Positions 1-7,558 of a stretch of 49,598 nt of DNA are shown here, one piece after another. The notes beneath the pieces were generated by a model. The model ran no database searches. It was not told the DNA's origin and saw only the letters and a program-made list of their open reading frames with translations. Both the position numbers and the translations under genes were made by a program. Position 1 is the stretch's first letter; each line of letters opens with the position of its first letter. The stretch is from NCBI GenBank assembly GCA_035905815.1, contig JAMIGE010000033.1, positions 1 to 49,598 of the forward strand, written 5' to 3'. Source of the DNA: Minisyncoccota bacterium. Lineage in GTDB: Bacteria; Patescibacteriota; Minisyncoccia; Phycocordibacterales; UBA5272.

Positions 1-1668
1 GCCAGTCCATGTCAGAGTTGCTGGGGTGTTATATGCAACTGATTGCGATGGTGCTGCTATTTGTGGTGCATTAGGTATAAAAACAATTAAATATCCACTA
101 TCTCCGGTACTGTCTAATTGCTTGATATCATTTTGATATGTGGCATTGCCGCTATATTTATCGTAGCAAAAATATTTACGCAGCACGTCTGTGTCTGTTG
201 GGCCAGAGACTTTACAATCATAATTAGGAATCTGACTTTCATAATTTGTTGTCTTAGGGTTCGATAGCGAATAAGTCGCCTCAGTTACACCTTTGCTAGC
301 ATACGCGCTCATATTCGGCCTAATACTGAATCCAGTGGCAGCATTAGCTGTAAAGTTTATTCTCCCGGTTCCATCAGTAATGTAATTACCATAATTTACA
401 GTAGCGACACTAATCCCAGCCAGAGGCTTGGCCGATGGATCTAATGCAGGATTGGCCTTGGCTGCAGTAGTGGTTGCTACCACTACCTTGGCCCACACAG
501 TAGCAGTGGGCGCTAGTGGTGTAGGGTCAGTACATGTACCGCTATACATAATCTTACCTACTGGACACACACTACATGCTGAAGGACTAGTGGCCCCATT
601 AATACATACATCACAATTTGTTCCAGTTAGTCCTGCGCTACATGTATATGCGCAATTCGGACTATATGCTCCATTGCCTGCATTCCATGATGAATTAGTA
701 GGCTTGGTCGGGCATGGCGCATAGCATCTGCTAGCTACAGTTCCTGGACATGTGCTAGGACTGCTGATGGTATAAGTATTAGTATATGCTGGAGGAGTGG
801 ATGTATATCCTGGTGGGCAGCTACATACAGTAGTAGGTGCTGTATATGTACAATATGATGATAGATAACTTCCGCAGCTATTACCATATGGGATAGTAAA
901 TGATCCCCCGGAATACCCCATGGATACATAATCATTACAGTAGCATGTGGTGTTGGCTGGATTTTGACAGTATGACCCAGTGTAGCCATTAATACATGAG
1001 CAGGAGTTAGGCCCAGTACAGGATCCTCCATTCTGGCACGCTGGTGCACATGCCGGACTACCACAATATCCACCAGATACAGGATCACTGGGGCAAGAAT
1101 AGTCTCCCGCGTTCGATGATTTTGGAACTCTGTATGTGAAATTAGAATTAGTATATCCACTGGGGCAGGTACAAGCTCCTACACAGACTGGAACAGTTGC
1201 ATTGATAGGAGCGGGATAATCGTATAATGTAGATATCCATCCAGAAGGGCAAGGTGCAATCACTGCCCCTCCACTACAAACTCCGTTAGAGGATACTAAG
1301 GTTCCATCTGAGGTACACTTACAAGAATTCTGTGTACTGTTCCAGGATGACCCTGATGGACAGTTTGGGGTAATACAACTTCCTGGTGCCGGACTTTCGT
1401 CAAAAACTTCTCCTGCAGGACATTGATTACATCTTGGGTAGTTGACTGTACCATTCATACATTCGGAATTACAAATTCCACCTGGCTCCATATCAGCCTG
1501 AGTACAGCACCGTAGACAGCCATCTTGCTCGTAATATCCTGCGCAAAAGTCTTGTCTAATTGGGCATAATGCTAATGCTTTGTTTTGGCTAGAATTTAAT
1601 AGTAAGATACTTAAAGATCCTCCGAATACTATCGTGATTATTAAATACTTTAAAAGGAATTTATGCAT
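1..1668 (-). CDS. Secreted cysteine-rich protein with EGF-like module; 3' end runs off the window (at least 556 aa)
   Basis: My own minus-strand translation starts at the ATG at 1668 and meets no stop down to base 1. It is absent from the ORF track because it is open-ended. The N-terminus MHKFLLKYLIITIVFGGSLSILLL looks like a signal peptide or anchor, and there are dozens of Cys. Residues 207-234 (nt 967-1050), CAPACQNGGSCTGPNSCSCINGYTGSYC, fit the six-Cys EGF pattern. Track ORFs 428..724(+) and 735..1160(-) are other-frame artefacts inside it. Confidence 0.75.
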   Translation of the reverse strand, partial: MHKFLLKYLIITIVFGGSLSILLLNSSQNKALALCPIRQDFCAGYYEQDGCLRCCTQADMEPGGICNSECMNGTVNYPRCNQCPAGEVFDESPAPGSCITPNCPSGSSWNSTQNSCKCTSDGTLVSSNGVCSGGAVIAPCPSGWISTLYDYPAPINATVPVCVGACTCPSGYTNSNFTYRVPKSSNAGDYSCPSDPVSGGYCGSPACAPACQNGGSCTGPNSCSCINGYTGSYCQNPANTTCYCNDYVSMGYSGGSFTIPYGNSCGSYLSSYCTYTAPTTVCSCPPGYTSTPPAYTNTYTISSPSTCPGTVASRCYAPCPTKPTNSSWNAGNGAYSPNCAYTCSAGLTGTNCDVCINGATSPSACSVCPVGKIMYSGTCTDPTPLAPTATVWAKVVVATTTAAKANPALDPSAKPLAGISVATVNYGNYITDGTGRINFTANAATGFSIRPNMSAYASKGVTEATYSLSNPKTTNYESQIPNYDCKVSGPTDTDVLRKYFCYDKYSGNATYQNDIKQLDSTGDSGYLIVFIPNAPQIAAPSQSVAYNTPATLTWTG

Positions 1669-1744
1669 ATATATAATACTAGCATGGTATATTAAGTATG
1701 CTTTGAGTTTATCCACAGATAAGTTATATATTACAATTTTAACC

Positions 1745-1772
1745 TTGACAAAAGCAATAAAAGTAGTATACT
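1745..1772 (+). promoter_or_regulatory. Sigma70-type promoter TTGACA-16-TATACT for the 1812 gene
   Basis: TTGACA lies at 1745-1750 and TATACT at 1767-1772, with a 16-nt spacer. AAGGAG at 1800-1805 sits 6 nt before the ATG at 1812. Confidence 0.55.
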
Positions 1773-1811
1773 TATAAGGAATCATCAAATCAGTTAAGAA
1801 AGGAGATTCTG

Positions 1812-3686
1812 ATGAAATCTTTGAAAACAATTATTATTACGGTCGCGCTTGCGCTCGTGACGGTCGCGCTTGCGCTCGTGGGCATGGTATCGCAATCTGC
1901 ATACGCAGCATGCGAAGGGTATAACACTGGCGGTGTAATTGACTGCTATACAGCAGCTGATCAAATCCCAGTGCAGGGTAAAGCCTCATCAGACCCTGAT
2001 TTTCAGAGTCTGGAGTCAGTGGTAAAGGCGGAAATGATCCGCATGGGTGTGGGTAATACCAGCATAGCAATTCGCTATAGCAATACCGTGGCTGACGCGG
2101 CGGCGAACAAAAGCCGTCTAGTCTATAATCGCGCATTCGGGCCATCTGTGTCTGACTGGCGTAGCCGCAGTAGTTACGGATTCATGACACAATCCGAGGA
2201 CGCTGTTGCGAATTACGCCAGTATGACCAAGGCAATTACCGAGGCATTGCTTGCGAAATTCATCGCAAATGGATGGGTGTCGACGTCTGACAATGTATTC
2301 TGCCTGCCTGGTAATACCACAGCAAAATGCTGGATCACTGGATACACTGCAAACATCGAGCCGCGCTATGCACGGATTACTGTGCAGAATGTGCTAGACT
2401 TTAAGATTGGCCAGGACGGCAACCAATTATCAGAAGGTGTGAGTCACGCTGCCATTCAAGCCATACTAGACCAGCGAAAAATGGCCAGTGACCCTGGTAC
2501 TGATTACATGTACAATCAATTTGGACATCAAATGCTGGGCGTACTGCTTGAGATAGCTGCGCTACAGGCTACTGGAGTGCAGCGGAGCTTTGAAGAGCTG
2601 GCGCACACATACCTGACCCGACCATTAGGCATCCGTGATGCGGACATGTTCCAAGTCAAGGATAATCGCCCACAATTCCGCGATCCGCGTACTGTGTGGT
2701 ACGATTCGAATTCTTTTGGAGCAAGTCGCTATGATGATGGTAAAGTCGGTGCATCTGCAGACGTTAACCTTAAAGCAGAGAATTTTACTTCTGCTGCTGG
2801 GTGGGCTGGTACGGCCACTGCGCTAGCCAAGTTCGCATCTGTTTACGGGTGTGGAATTGGTAGCGGCGCACTGGATGGTGTGAGCTCAATCTGTTACAAT
2901 TTCAGAGCGAATAACTCTGGAGTGTTTACAGTGGTGATCATAGTCAATAAAATGTGGGAAAGTATTGAGGTTGCGAAAGCTGGAAATAGCTTTGCTGCTG
3001 TAGAACCAATAGCTGCAAAAGTATTTGACATCTTGGTTAGCAAATCATCTTGGCCGAGTGAAGACTTGGAAAAGGTGAGTGCGGCGGCGATTTTAGCTAT
3101 GGAATACAAGCTGATTCGACCCGAGAATGGTCGCGAAGCTTACTTCCGTACTGGTAGCCAAACAGAAATTGATGGTTTGGCGGCGGCGCTAGCTAATGAT
3201 CCGAATTATCTGCTGAAGCCCACGACAAACAGCTTCCATGCATGGCCCAAGGGCTATACTGGATATGATGTCAGGCGGTTCATATTTGACATTAAAAATC
3301 AAAATGGACAGTCTATTGGCGCTAGCCACTGGTACGGGATTGACGCAAAGTCGTCTGATGGCATCAATTACACTCAATTCTTCCATGGGCTCAACCCCTT
3401 TCGGAAGTCTGATCAGGGGTTAATGTTCGAAGCGGCCACGTTCAGCGCATTCCCTCTTAATTCTGATGGTACGTGTCCGACTCCGGTCGGGGATACGACA
3501 GGAAAGGTCCCTCAAGGACTAATCCCGCTGTACTCTATCTACAACGATGCATATGCCCAGTCTCAAGCTGGAGCAATCGCGTTCAATGATGGTAATCATC
3601 GATTCACAACCCAGCAGTCAGTTGTCGACGAGATGCTGGCCAAAGGTTGGAAATTAGATGGCAAGGTCTACTGCGTACTGCCGTAG
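1812..3686 (+). CDS. Secreted beta-lactamase-fold serine hydrolase (PBP/class-C-like) with a C-terminal repeat region
   Basis: A signal peptide ends at AYA-A. The S-x-x-K motif SMTK is at aa 137-140 (nt 2220-2231). AAGWAGTATALAKF resembles the family's third conserved block. The C-terminal IPLYSIYN...GNHRFTTQQSVVDEMLAKGWKLDGKVYCV resembles the HFYT...GW...EG repeat known as DUF5648. The gene is GC-richer than its neighbours. Confidence 0.7.
   Translation: MKSLKTIIITVALALVTVALALVGMVSQSAYAACEGYNTGGVIDCYTAADQIPVQGKASSDPDFQSLESVVKAEMIRMGVGNTSIAIRYSNTVADAAANKSRLVYNRAFGPSVSDWRSRSSYGFMTQSEDAVANYASMTKAITEALLAKFIANGWVSTSDNVFCLPGNTTAKCWITGYTANIEPRYARITVQNVLDFKIGQDGNQLSEGVSHAAIQAILDQRKMASDPGTDYMYNQFGHQMLGVLLEIAALQATGVQRSFEELAHTYLTRPLGIRDADMFQVKDNRPQFRDPRTVWYDSNSFGASRYDDGKVGASADVNLKAENFTSAAGWAGTATALAKFASVYGCGIGSGALDGVSSICYNFRANNSGVFTVVIIVNKMWESIEVAKAGNSFAAVEPIAAKVFDILVSKSSWPSEDLEKVSAAAILAMEYKLIRPENGREAYFRTGSQTEIDGLAAALANDPNYLLKPTTNSFHAWPKGYTGYDVRRFIFDIKNQNGQSIGASHWYGIDAKSSDGINYTQFFHGLNPFRKSDQGLMFEAATFSAFPLNSDGTCPTPVGDTTGKVPQGLIPLYSIYNDAYAQSQAGAIAFNDGNHRFTTQQSVVDEMLAKGWKLDGKVYCVLP
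1840..1881 (+). repeat. In-frame 21-bp tandem duplication inside the signal-peptide h-region
   Basis: cggtcgcgcttgcgctcgtga (1840-1860) is followed by cggtcgcgcttgcgctcgtgg (1861-1881), 20 of 21 nt identical. This encodes TVALALV twice. Confidence 0.95.
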
Positions 3687-3723
3687 ACACTTTAGCGATG
3701 GTACTCCGCTTAATGAGTACTAA

Positions 3724-3747
3724 CCCCCGCATGCGGGGGTTTTATAT
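3724..3747 (+). terminator. Intrinsic terminator
   Basis: The palindrome CCCCCGCATGCGGGGG (3724-3739) is followed by TTTT. Confidence 0.8.
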
Positions 3748-3869
3748 TTATACATGAATTATTTAAATCATTTTAAAGATCAAAGAGTACTCTCGCATAA
3801 AGGACATTGCAATTACAAATGTCTTTTATGTGTCTTTTATGCTATAGCTAAAGTATTACTGCGCAAAAT

Positions 3870-4094
3870 TTAAATGTTTGCCAAGGCTATTGATACTACT
3901 TTACTTTTATCAACAACTATGGAATCTAGTATTTCATCATCGCAAAAGTTGAATGCAACTTCAATGCGGCCATCCTTTGTGTGATAAAGCCTGCCGACAC
4001 ATTCATACAAATTATCACCCATAAGGATTTTAATTTTACATAATTTGTTTTTGTATATAAAAAGCTTAATGTAATTTAGGATCATATTTTTCAA
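3870..4094 (-). CDS. Hypothetical protein (start uncertain)
   Basis: A 74-aa AT-rich ORF that overlaps the upstream gene by 29 nt. Internal Met residues at about 4083 or 4023 may be the real start. No motif recognised. Confidence 0.35.
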   Translation of the reverse strand: MKNMILNYIKLFIYKNKLCKIKILMGDNLYECVGRLYHTKDGRIEVAFNFCDDEILDSIVVDKSKVVSIALANI

Positions 4095-4617
4095 TAGTTA
4101 GAATAAATGACTTTGGTATAATATAGTACTGAGGAGGTTCTTTAGGATGATGTTGGGATGGGAGAGGGTGTACCCTTATTGTCTCTGGGTGTCTAATTAC
4201 TATACAACTTTCATAGACGGCAAATAATTGTCCACGCGTTTGCATAATGCTACAGTCTCTTCTGTTTAAATTAGCAACATGCACAACATCTTTCCAGGTT
4301 ATTAGAATAGTAGTTTCAGGAATTAAAAGTGTATCATATTTATTATTAAAGTAGCTATTTTTGTAATCACTATCATTATCAATTACTGCTCCTGAGGGCA
4401 AAACTAATCCCTCTATGATCTTTTCATCATCATTTGTATTGTGATTTATTTTTATAACATATTCAACGATATAATCGTTATCATCATTTCTGCTTATACA
4501 TCCATATGCTATATGTCTTTTAAGTGAGAGGGTCTTTAAATAATTTACATCTAATGATATATCAGATGTATTATACATTGCATCTATGTATTCAATCTTT
4601 TGGAAGTATTTAATCAT
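4066..4617 (-). CDS. Hypothetical protein
   Basis: A 183-aa very AT-rich ORF with no recognisable motif. Confidence 0.5.
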   Translation of the reverse strand: MIKYFQKIEYIDAMYNTSDISLDVNYLKTLSLKRHIAYGCISRNDDNDYIVEYVIKINHNTNDDEKIIEGLVLPSGAVIDNDSDYKNSYFNNKYDTLLIPETTILITWKDVVHVANLNRRDCSIMQTRGQLFAVYESCIVIRHPETIRVHPLPSQHHPKEPPQYYIIPKSFILTIEKYDPKLH

Positions 4618-4806
4618 ATTATAACTTTAGCATGTTATATCAAAACAAATCCACCATGTCTAGCTGGGGCAATTTAATGAACAGTTATTGGCCTATTTTA
4701 CTATTGACAAACTACTTATAATCTGATATACTTGGGACATAGTCTTGGATATGGTATTCAGGGCAGCTATTTCAAAACCGGGGCATGTGCCTCAGAAAGA
4801 TACAAA

Positions 4807-5349
4807 ATGAAGTCAAATATCGCTCTCACAGTTATTAACGAGCAGGAGAACGGGCGCATACCAGTAATGATCAAGTCCATCGGACTTGTCATTGCGGGGC
4901 TGGCAATTGCCCTCCTCATGACCGTGTTTGCGCCCGCGCATGCGAATTCAGTCAACCAGCCTGTGGCGTACAGCTGCGGCCCGGACTGCATACTGCCAGC
5001 GCTACAACCACCTGAGACCGACATGGCATATATGGTGAATAGTGGACGGGCAGAGCGTAGCTCATCTGCGTATCATGTGCAAATGGGTAAGCCAGCCAGC
5101 GTCGACATCGCGTCGACAGACGAATGTTTTGTGTCGATCTCGCCGTTTAACAGCGGTAAGTCGCTGACAAAAGTTGCCAATTATCACCTCTACAACGTAG
5201 AGGTAGATATTCAGGCAATCGGTGCGGCCCGCGGCATGTGCCTGCCGGAGGTCAAGCATACGCTGAAGCTCGCCTGCGGTACGAAGAAGGTGAGTGTCGA
5301 CCTTACGTTCTTCGACACATGCCAGATCATGGTCCGGCCGAAGAAGTAA
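4807..5349 (+). CDS. Secreted or membrane-anchored hypothetical protein
   Basis: In-frame ATG at 4807; the track starts at a TTG at 4732. The hydrophobic segment IGLVIAGLAIALLMTVFAPAHA-NS looks like a signal peptide. The gene is GC-rich relative to its flanks. Confidence 0.55.
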   Translation: MKSNIALTVINEQENGRIPVMIKSIGLVIAGLAIALLMTVFAPAHANSVNQPVAYSCGPDCILPALQPPETDMAYMVNSGRAERSSSAYHVQMGKPASVDIASTDECFVSISPFNSGKSLTKVANYHLYNVEVDIQAIGAARGMCLPEVKHTLKLACGTKKVSVDLTFFDTCQIMVRPKK

Positions 5350-5369
5350 TAGAAATTCATCGGCATCAC

Positions 5370-5399
5370 ACACCCCTCAGCGAGGGGTGTATTTGTTTG
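5370..5399 (+). terminator. Intrinsic terminator
   Basis: ACACCCCTC (5370-5378) pairs with GAGGGGTGT (5382-5390), followed by ATTTGTTTG. Confidence 0.75.
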
Positions 5400-5452
5400 T
5401 ATTATGACAGCAATCGCTTGCATACATTAATCATTTATGATATAGTGATTAT

Positions 5453-5608
5453 GTACTACTGAGGGCCCAGCGTTGCGTGGCCTTCGCATGCGGTGGTACG
5501 TTGGGGTAAGTCCGCCTCCCCGTCGGCACCCACAAATCTGCACTTACTGCTCACCTCCCCCCGAGCGTGCAGGTTATGGGGTGGCCGAATGGTCACCCCT
5601 TTTCTTTT
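5453..5608 (+). ncRNA. Candidate small RNA of unknown family, about 155 nt, GC-rich
   Basis: Promoter: TTGCAT (5418-5423), 17-nt spacer, TGaTATAGT (-10 at 5441-5446). Terminator: GGGGTGGCC-GAAT-GGTCACCCC (5578-5599) followed by TTTTCTTTT. Internal hairpins are GGGG(5503-06)/CCCC(5518-21), and CTGCAC(5538-43)/GTGCAG(5567-72) with loop ACCTCCCCCC (5553-5562). The transcript start is only estimated. Confidence 0.55.
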
Positions 5609-5782
5609 GCAAGATTTCTAAATTAATAGTGATCTGTATTAGTTTCATACCAGCGCAGTTAAGCGCTAGTGGTTATACACTTTCGGACTGGGCCCAGGCC
5701 ATGCTTCGTAAATATAAGGTGATTTAATACAAGTGGAGTAGGTCTTTCAAATTGCAAATATATGTGTTATAATATAGCTCAT

Positions 5783-5858
5783 GCGCGAATAGCTCAGCTG
5801 GTAGAGCACTCGACTGATACTCGAGCGGTCCCAAGTTCGAATCTTGGTTCGCGCACCA
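5783..5858 (+). tRNA. tRNA-Ile (anticodon GAT), CCA encoded
   Basis: Manual cloverleaf: GCGCGAA / GCTC-AGCTGGTA-GAGC / CTCGA-CTGATAC-TCGAG / CCAAG-TTCGAAT-CTTGG / TTCGCGC-A-CCA. TGTTATAAT (-10 at 5768-5773) lies 9 nt upstream. Confidence 0.95.
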
Positions 5859-5867
5859 AAGTAAAAC

Positions 5868-6006
5868 AATCCCTCACGGGGTTGTTTTACTTTGGTGCGA
5901 GCCGGACCGCGACTGGCGGGAGGCGGGGTAGCGAGCCTGGCCAGCAGGACAGGACTTGTGACCACCAATTCGAAATCCCTCACGGGGTTGTTTTACTTTG
6001 GTGCGA
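5868..6006 (+). repeat. 33-bp direct repeat (5868-5900 and 5974-6006) flanking a 73-bp GC-rich segment
   Basis: aatccctcacggggttgttttactttggtgcga occurs twice, 106 bp apart. The first copy is the 3' arm of a 20-bp hairpin (5854-5897) that begins inside the tRNA-Ile CACCA end. Confidence 0.9.
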
Positions 6007-6091
6007 TTTATATTTGTAAAACTAAATTACAATCATAGAATATGTGAATATGCTCTAGTGACAAATTTTTTATTTTTGTTATTATATAGTT

Positions 6092-6256
6092 ATGATTATA
6101 AACAAGCTTAGTAGAAAAAGTTTCGCTTCTGAAAAGTATACCTTACCCATATCTTCGTATTTAAAAGAGGAGATTGATAGTTCAAGAAAATTGTTTGCAA
6201 ATAAAACTTCGAAAACATATACTAGTAAAAGTATTTTGAAGTCGCTTGGGTTGTAA
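6092..6256 (+). CDS. Putative antitoxin (54 aa) of the ParE-like toxin
   Basis: My own translation gives MIINKLSRKSFASEKYTLPISSYLKEEIDSSRKLFANKTSKTYTSKSILKSLGL. It is below the track size cutoff. It ends 12 nt before the toxin ATG, the usual antitoxin-first layout. No family motif recognised. Confidence 0.4.
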   Translation: MIINKLSRKSFASEKYTLPISSYLKEEIDSSRKLFANKTSKTYTSKSILKSLGL

Positions 6257-6268
6257 TTTCTATTATGT

Positions 6269-6553
6269 ATGTACAAAGTAGTATATAACGATATATCGAG
6301 AAAGGATTTATCGGATATTTTGTTTTTCTATAAAAATATAGATCAATTAATATTGCAAAGTTTTTTGGAAGAGGTTTGCAAAATTGAAAAAGTATTATCG
6401 AATACACCAGAAATTTACAGGATAAGGTATGAGTCAGTAAGGCGTGTCAATTTTATTAATTTTCCATTTTGCTTATTTTATCAAATTGATGGTAAGTTTG
6501 TTCAGATTCTTAAAATTGTTCACCAAAGCCGTGATGTTGTATTTTGGCCATAA
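6269..6553 (+). CDS. parE: ParE/RelE-family type II toxin
   Basis: The 94-aa protein ends FPFCLFYQIDGKFVQILKIVHQSRD. This matches the ParE pattern (aromatic-x-i-x-Y ... v-x-I-l-x-i-x-H-x-x-R-D). Confidence 0.7.
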   Translation: MYKVVYNDISRKDLSDILFFYKNIDQLILQSFLEEVCKIEKVLSNTPEIYRIRYESVRRVNFINFPFCLFYQIDGKFVQILKIVHQSRDVVFWP

Positions 6554-6660
6554 TAATTCGAAAATTAGTCTTTTCCCCAAAGCTGGATTTTGAAAAAATT
6601 TGAGAATATGTTATATTTAATTGACGCTAAGCTTTGACCATTTGGGAAGACTAGTAGAAA

Positions 6661-6738
6661 ACTGTTTTCTAAACAGAATATGCCACTTTAACTCAGTTGG
6701 CAAAAGATTAATAGACAACGGTTTTGTAAACAGAATAT
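6661..6738 (+). repeat. Degenerate tandem copies of the tRNA-Thr 5' half and anticodon arm
   Basis: agaatatgccacttta[a/g]ctcagttgg is found at 6675-6700 and 6732-6757 (period 57). ac[t/g]gtttt[c/g]taaac is found at 6661-6674, 6718-6731 and 6765-6778. The upstream copy cannot form a D-stem. Confidence 0.85.
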
Positions 6739-6814
6739 GCCACTTTAGCTCAGTTGGTAGAGCAACGGTTTTGTAAACCGTAGGTCGTCAGTTCAAGCCT
6801 GACAAGTGGCTCCA
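6739..6814 (+). tRNA. tRNA-Thr (anticodon TGT), CCA encoded
   Basis: Manual cloverleaf: GCCACTT / GCTC-AGTTGGTA-GAGC / ACGGT-TTTGTAA-ACCGT / GTCAG-TTCAAGC-CTGAC / AAGTGGC-T-CCA. Confidence 0.95.
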
Positions 6815-6821
6815 GAAGAAT

Positions 6822-7553
6822 ATGAAAATAGACTATACCAAGTATGCGTTAGCAATGATAGTCACTACAGCACTATTTGGATCTGCGTATTTCGCAAGTA
6901 GCTATTTCATGACAAGGCGTCTATCAAGCATAGACACAATACAAGAGAACTTGCATATAGAGGATATGTCCAATCAAGTGCAATATGACCTATTGCAAGA
7001 GGCGTCATGTGCGAATGTTACATCATCTTCGATATTATCTGAAGATTTGGCCAAGACAGGTGACAAGCTGTCATATACCGAGTCAGAGCTAGGTGCTACT
7101 AATTCTAATGTGTTGTATTTGAAAAAGTATTATTCGCTACTGCAAATCAAGGATTACCTTTTATCTAAAAAGTTAGCGGAGAAGTGTGCTAGCAAGAAGA
7201 CAATATTTATTATCTATATGTATAGTAACGGCAAGGATGCAGAAGGCCATGATAAGTGTAATCGCTGTTCGGATCAGGCGGTGATACTGACTGCTCTACG
7301 AGAGAAGTATCCAGAGCTACGAGTATACACTTTTGACTATGATTTGGATCTGTCAGCAGTAGAGACACTAAAGAAAATATATAGAATACCGGCCACTTTC
7401 CCAGCGCTGATTGTACAGGATAAGCTATACACTGGATTCCAAAGTCTAGAGACATTGGATACATTGATGCCAGACAATTTGGTAGAGGCTACTTCAACTG
7501 CTACTACCACCGCCACTACTACAATTAAAAGTGCGACAACAACCAAGAATTAA
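6822..7553 (+). CDS. Membrane-anchored protein with a possible thioredoxin-like CxxC domain
   Basis: There is an N-terminal TM segment. CNRC is followed by ...IPATFPALIV, which resembles a cis-Pro loop. The tail is Thr/Ala-rich. The fold assignment is tentative. Confidence 0.55.
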   Translation: MKIDYTKYALAMIVTTALFGSAYFASSYFMTRRLSSIDTIQENLHIEDMSNQVQYDLLQEASCANVTSSSILSEDLAKTGDKLSYTESELGATNSNVLYLKKYYSLLQIKDYLLSKKLAEKCASKKTIFIIYMYSNGKDAEGHDKCNRCSDQAVILTALREKYPELRVYTFDYDLDLSAVETLKKIYRIPATFPALIVQDKLYTGFQSLETLDTLMPDNLVEATSTATTTATTTIKSATTTKN

Positions 7554-7558
7554 TTGAT

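Noticed and set aside
4066-4094. The 29-nt overlap between the 183-aa and 74-aa minus-strand ORFs, considered as a programmed frameshift or a split pseudogene.
   Set aside because: No slippery heptamer is evident. Internal Met codons in the downstream ORF give a simpler explanation. This remains unresolved without homologs.
5453-5608. The candidate sRNA identified as SRP RNA, tmRNA, RNase P RNA or 6S RNA.
   Set aside because: It has no GGAA-tetraloop helix-8 motif and no tRNA-like ends or tag ORF. GUAAGUCCG only loosely resembles the RNase P P4 strand GAAAGUCCG, and 155 nt is too short without a matching 3' P4 strand. 6S cannot be judged by eye. The family is left as unknown.
5901-5973. The GC-rich 73-bp segment between the direct repeats, considered as a tRNA or tRNA-like gene on either strand.
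   Set aside because: I tried cloverleaf folds on both strands. I found no complementary acceptor stem, no D-stem pairing and no GTTCRA T-loop context.
5473-6019. ORFs 5473..5727(+), 5747..5983(-) and 5762..6019(+).
   Set aside because: They overlap the candidate sRNA and its terminator, the tRNA-Ile gene and the repeat scar. The first starts at a TTG and reads through a strong terminator.
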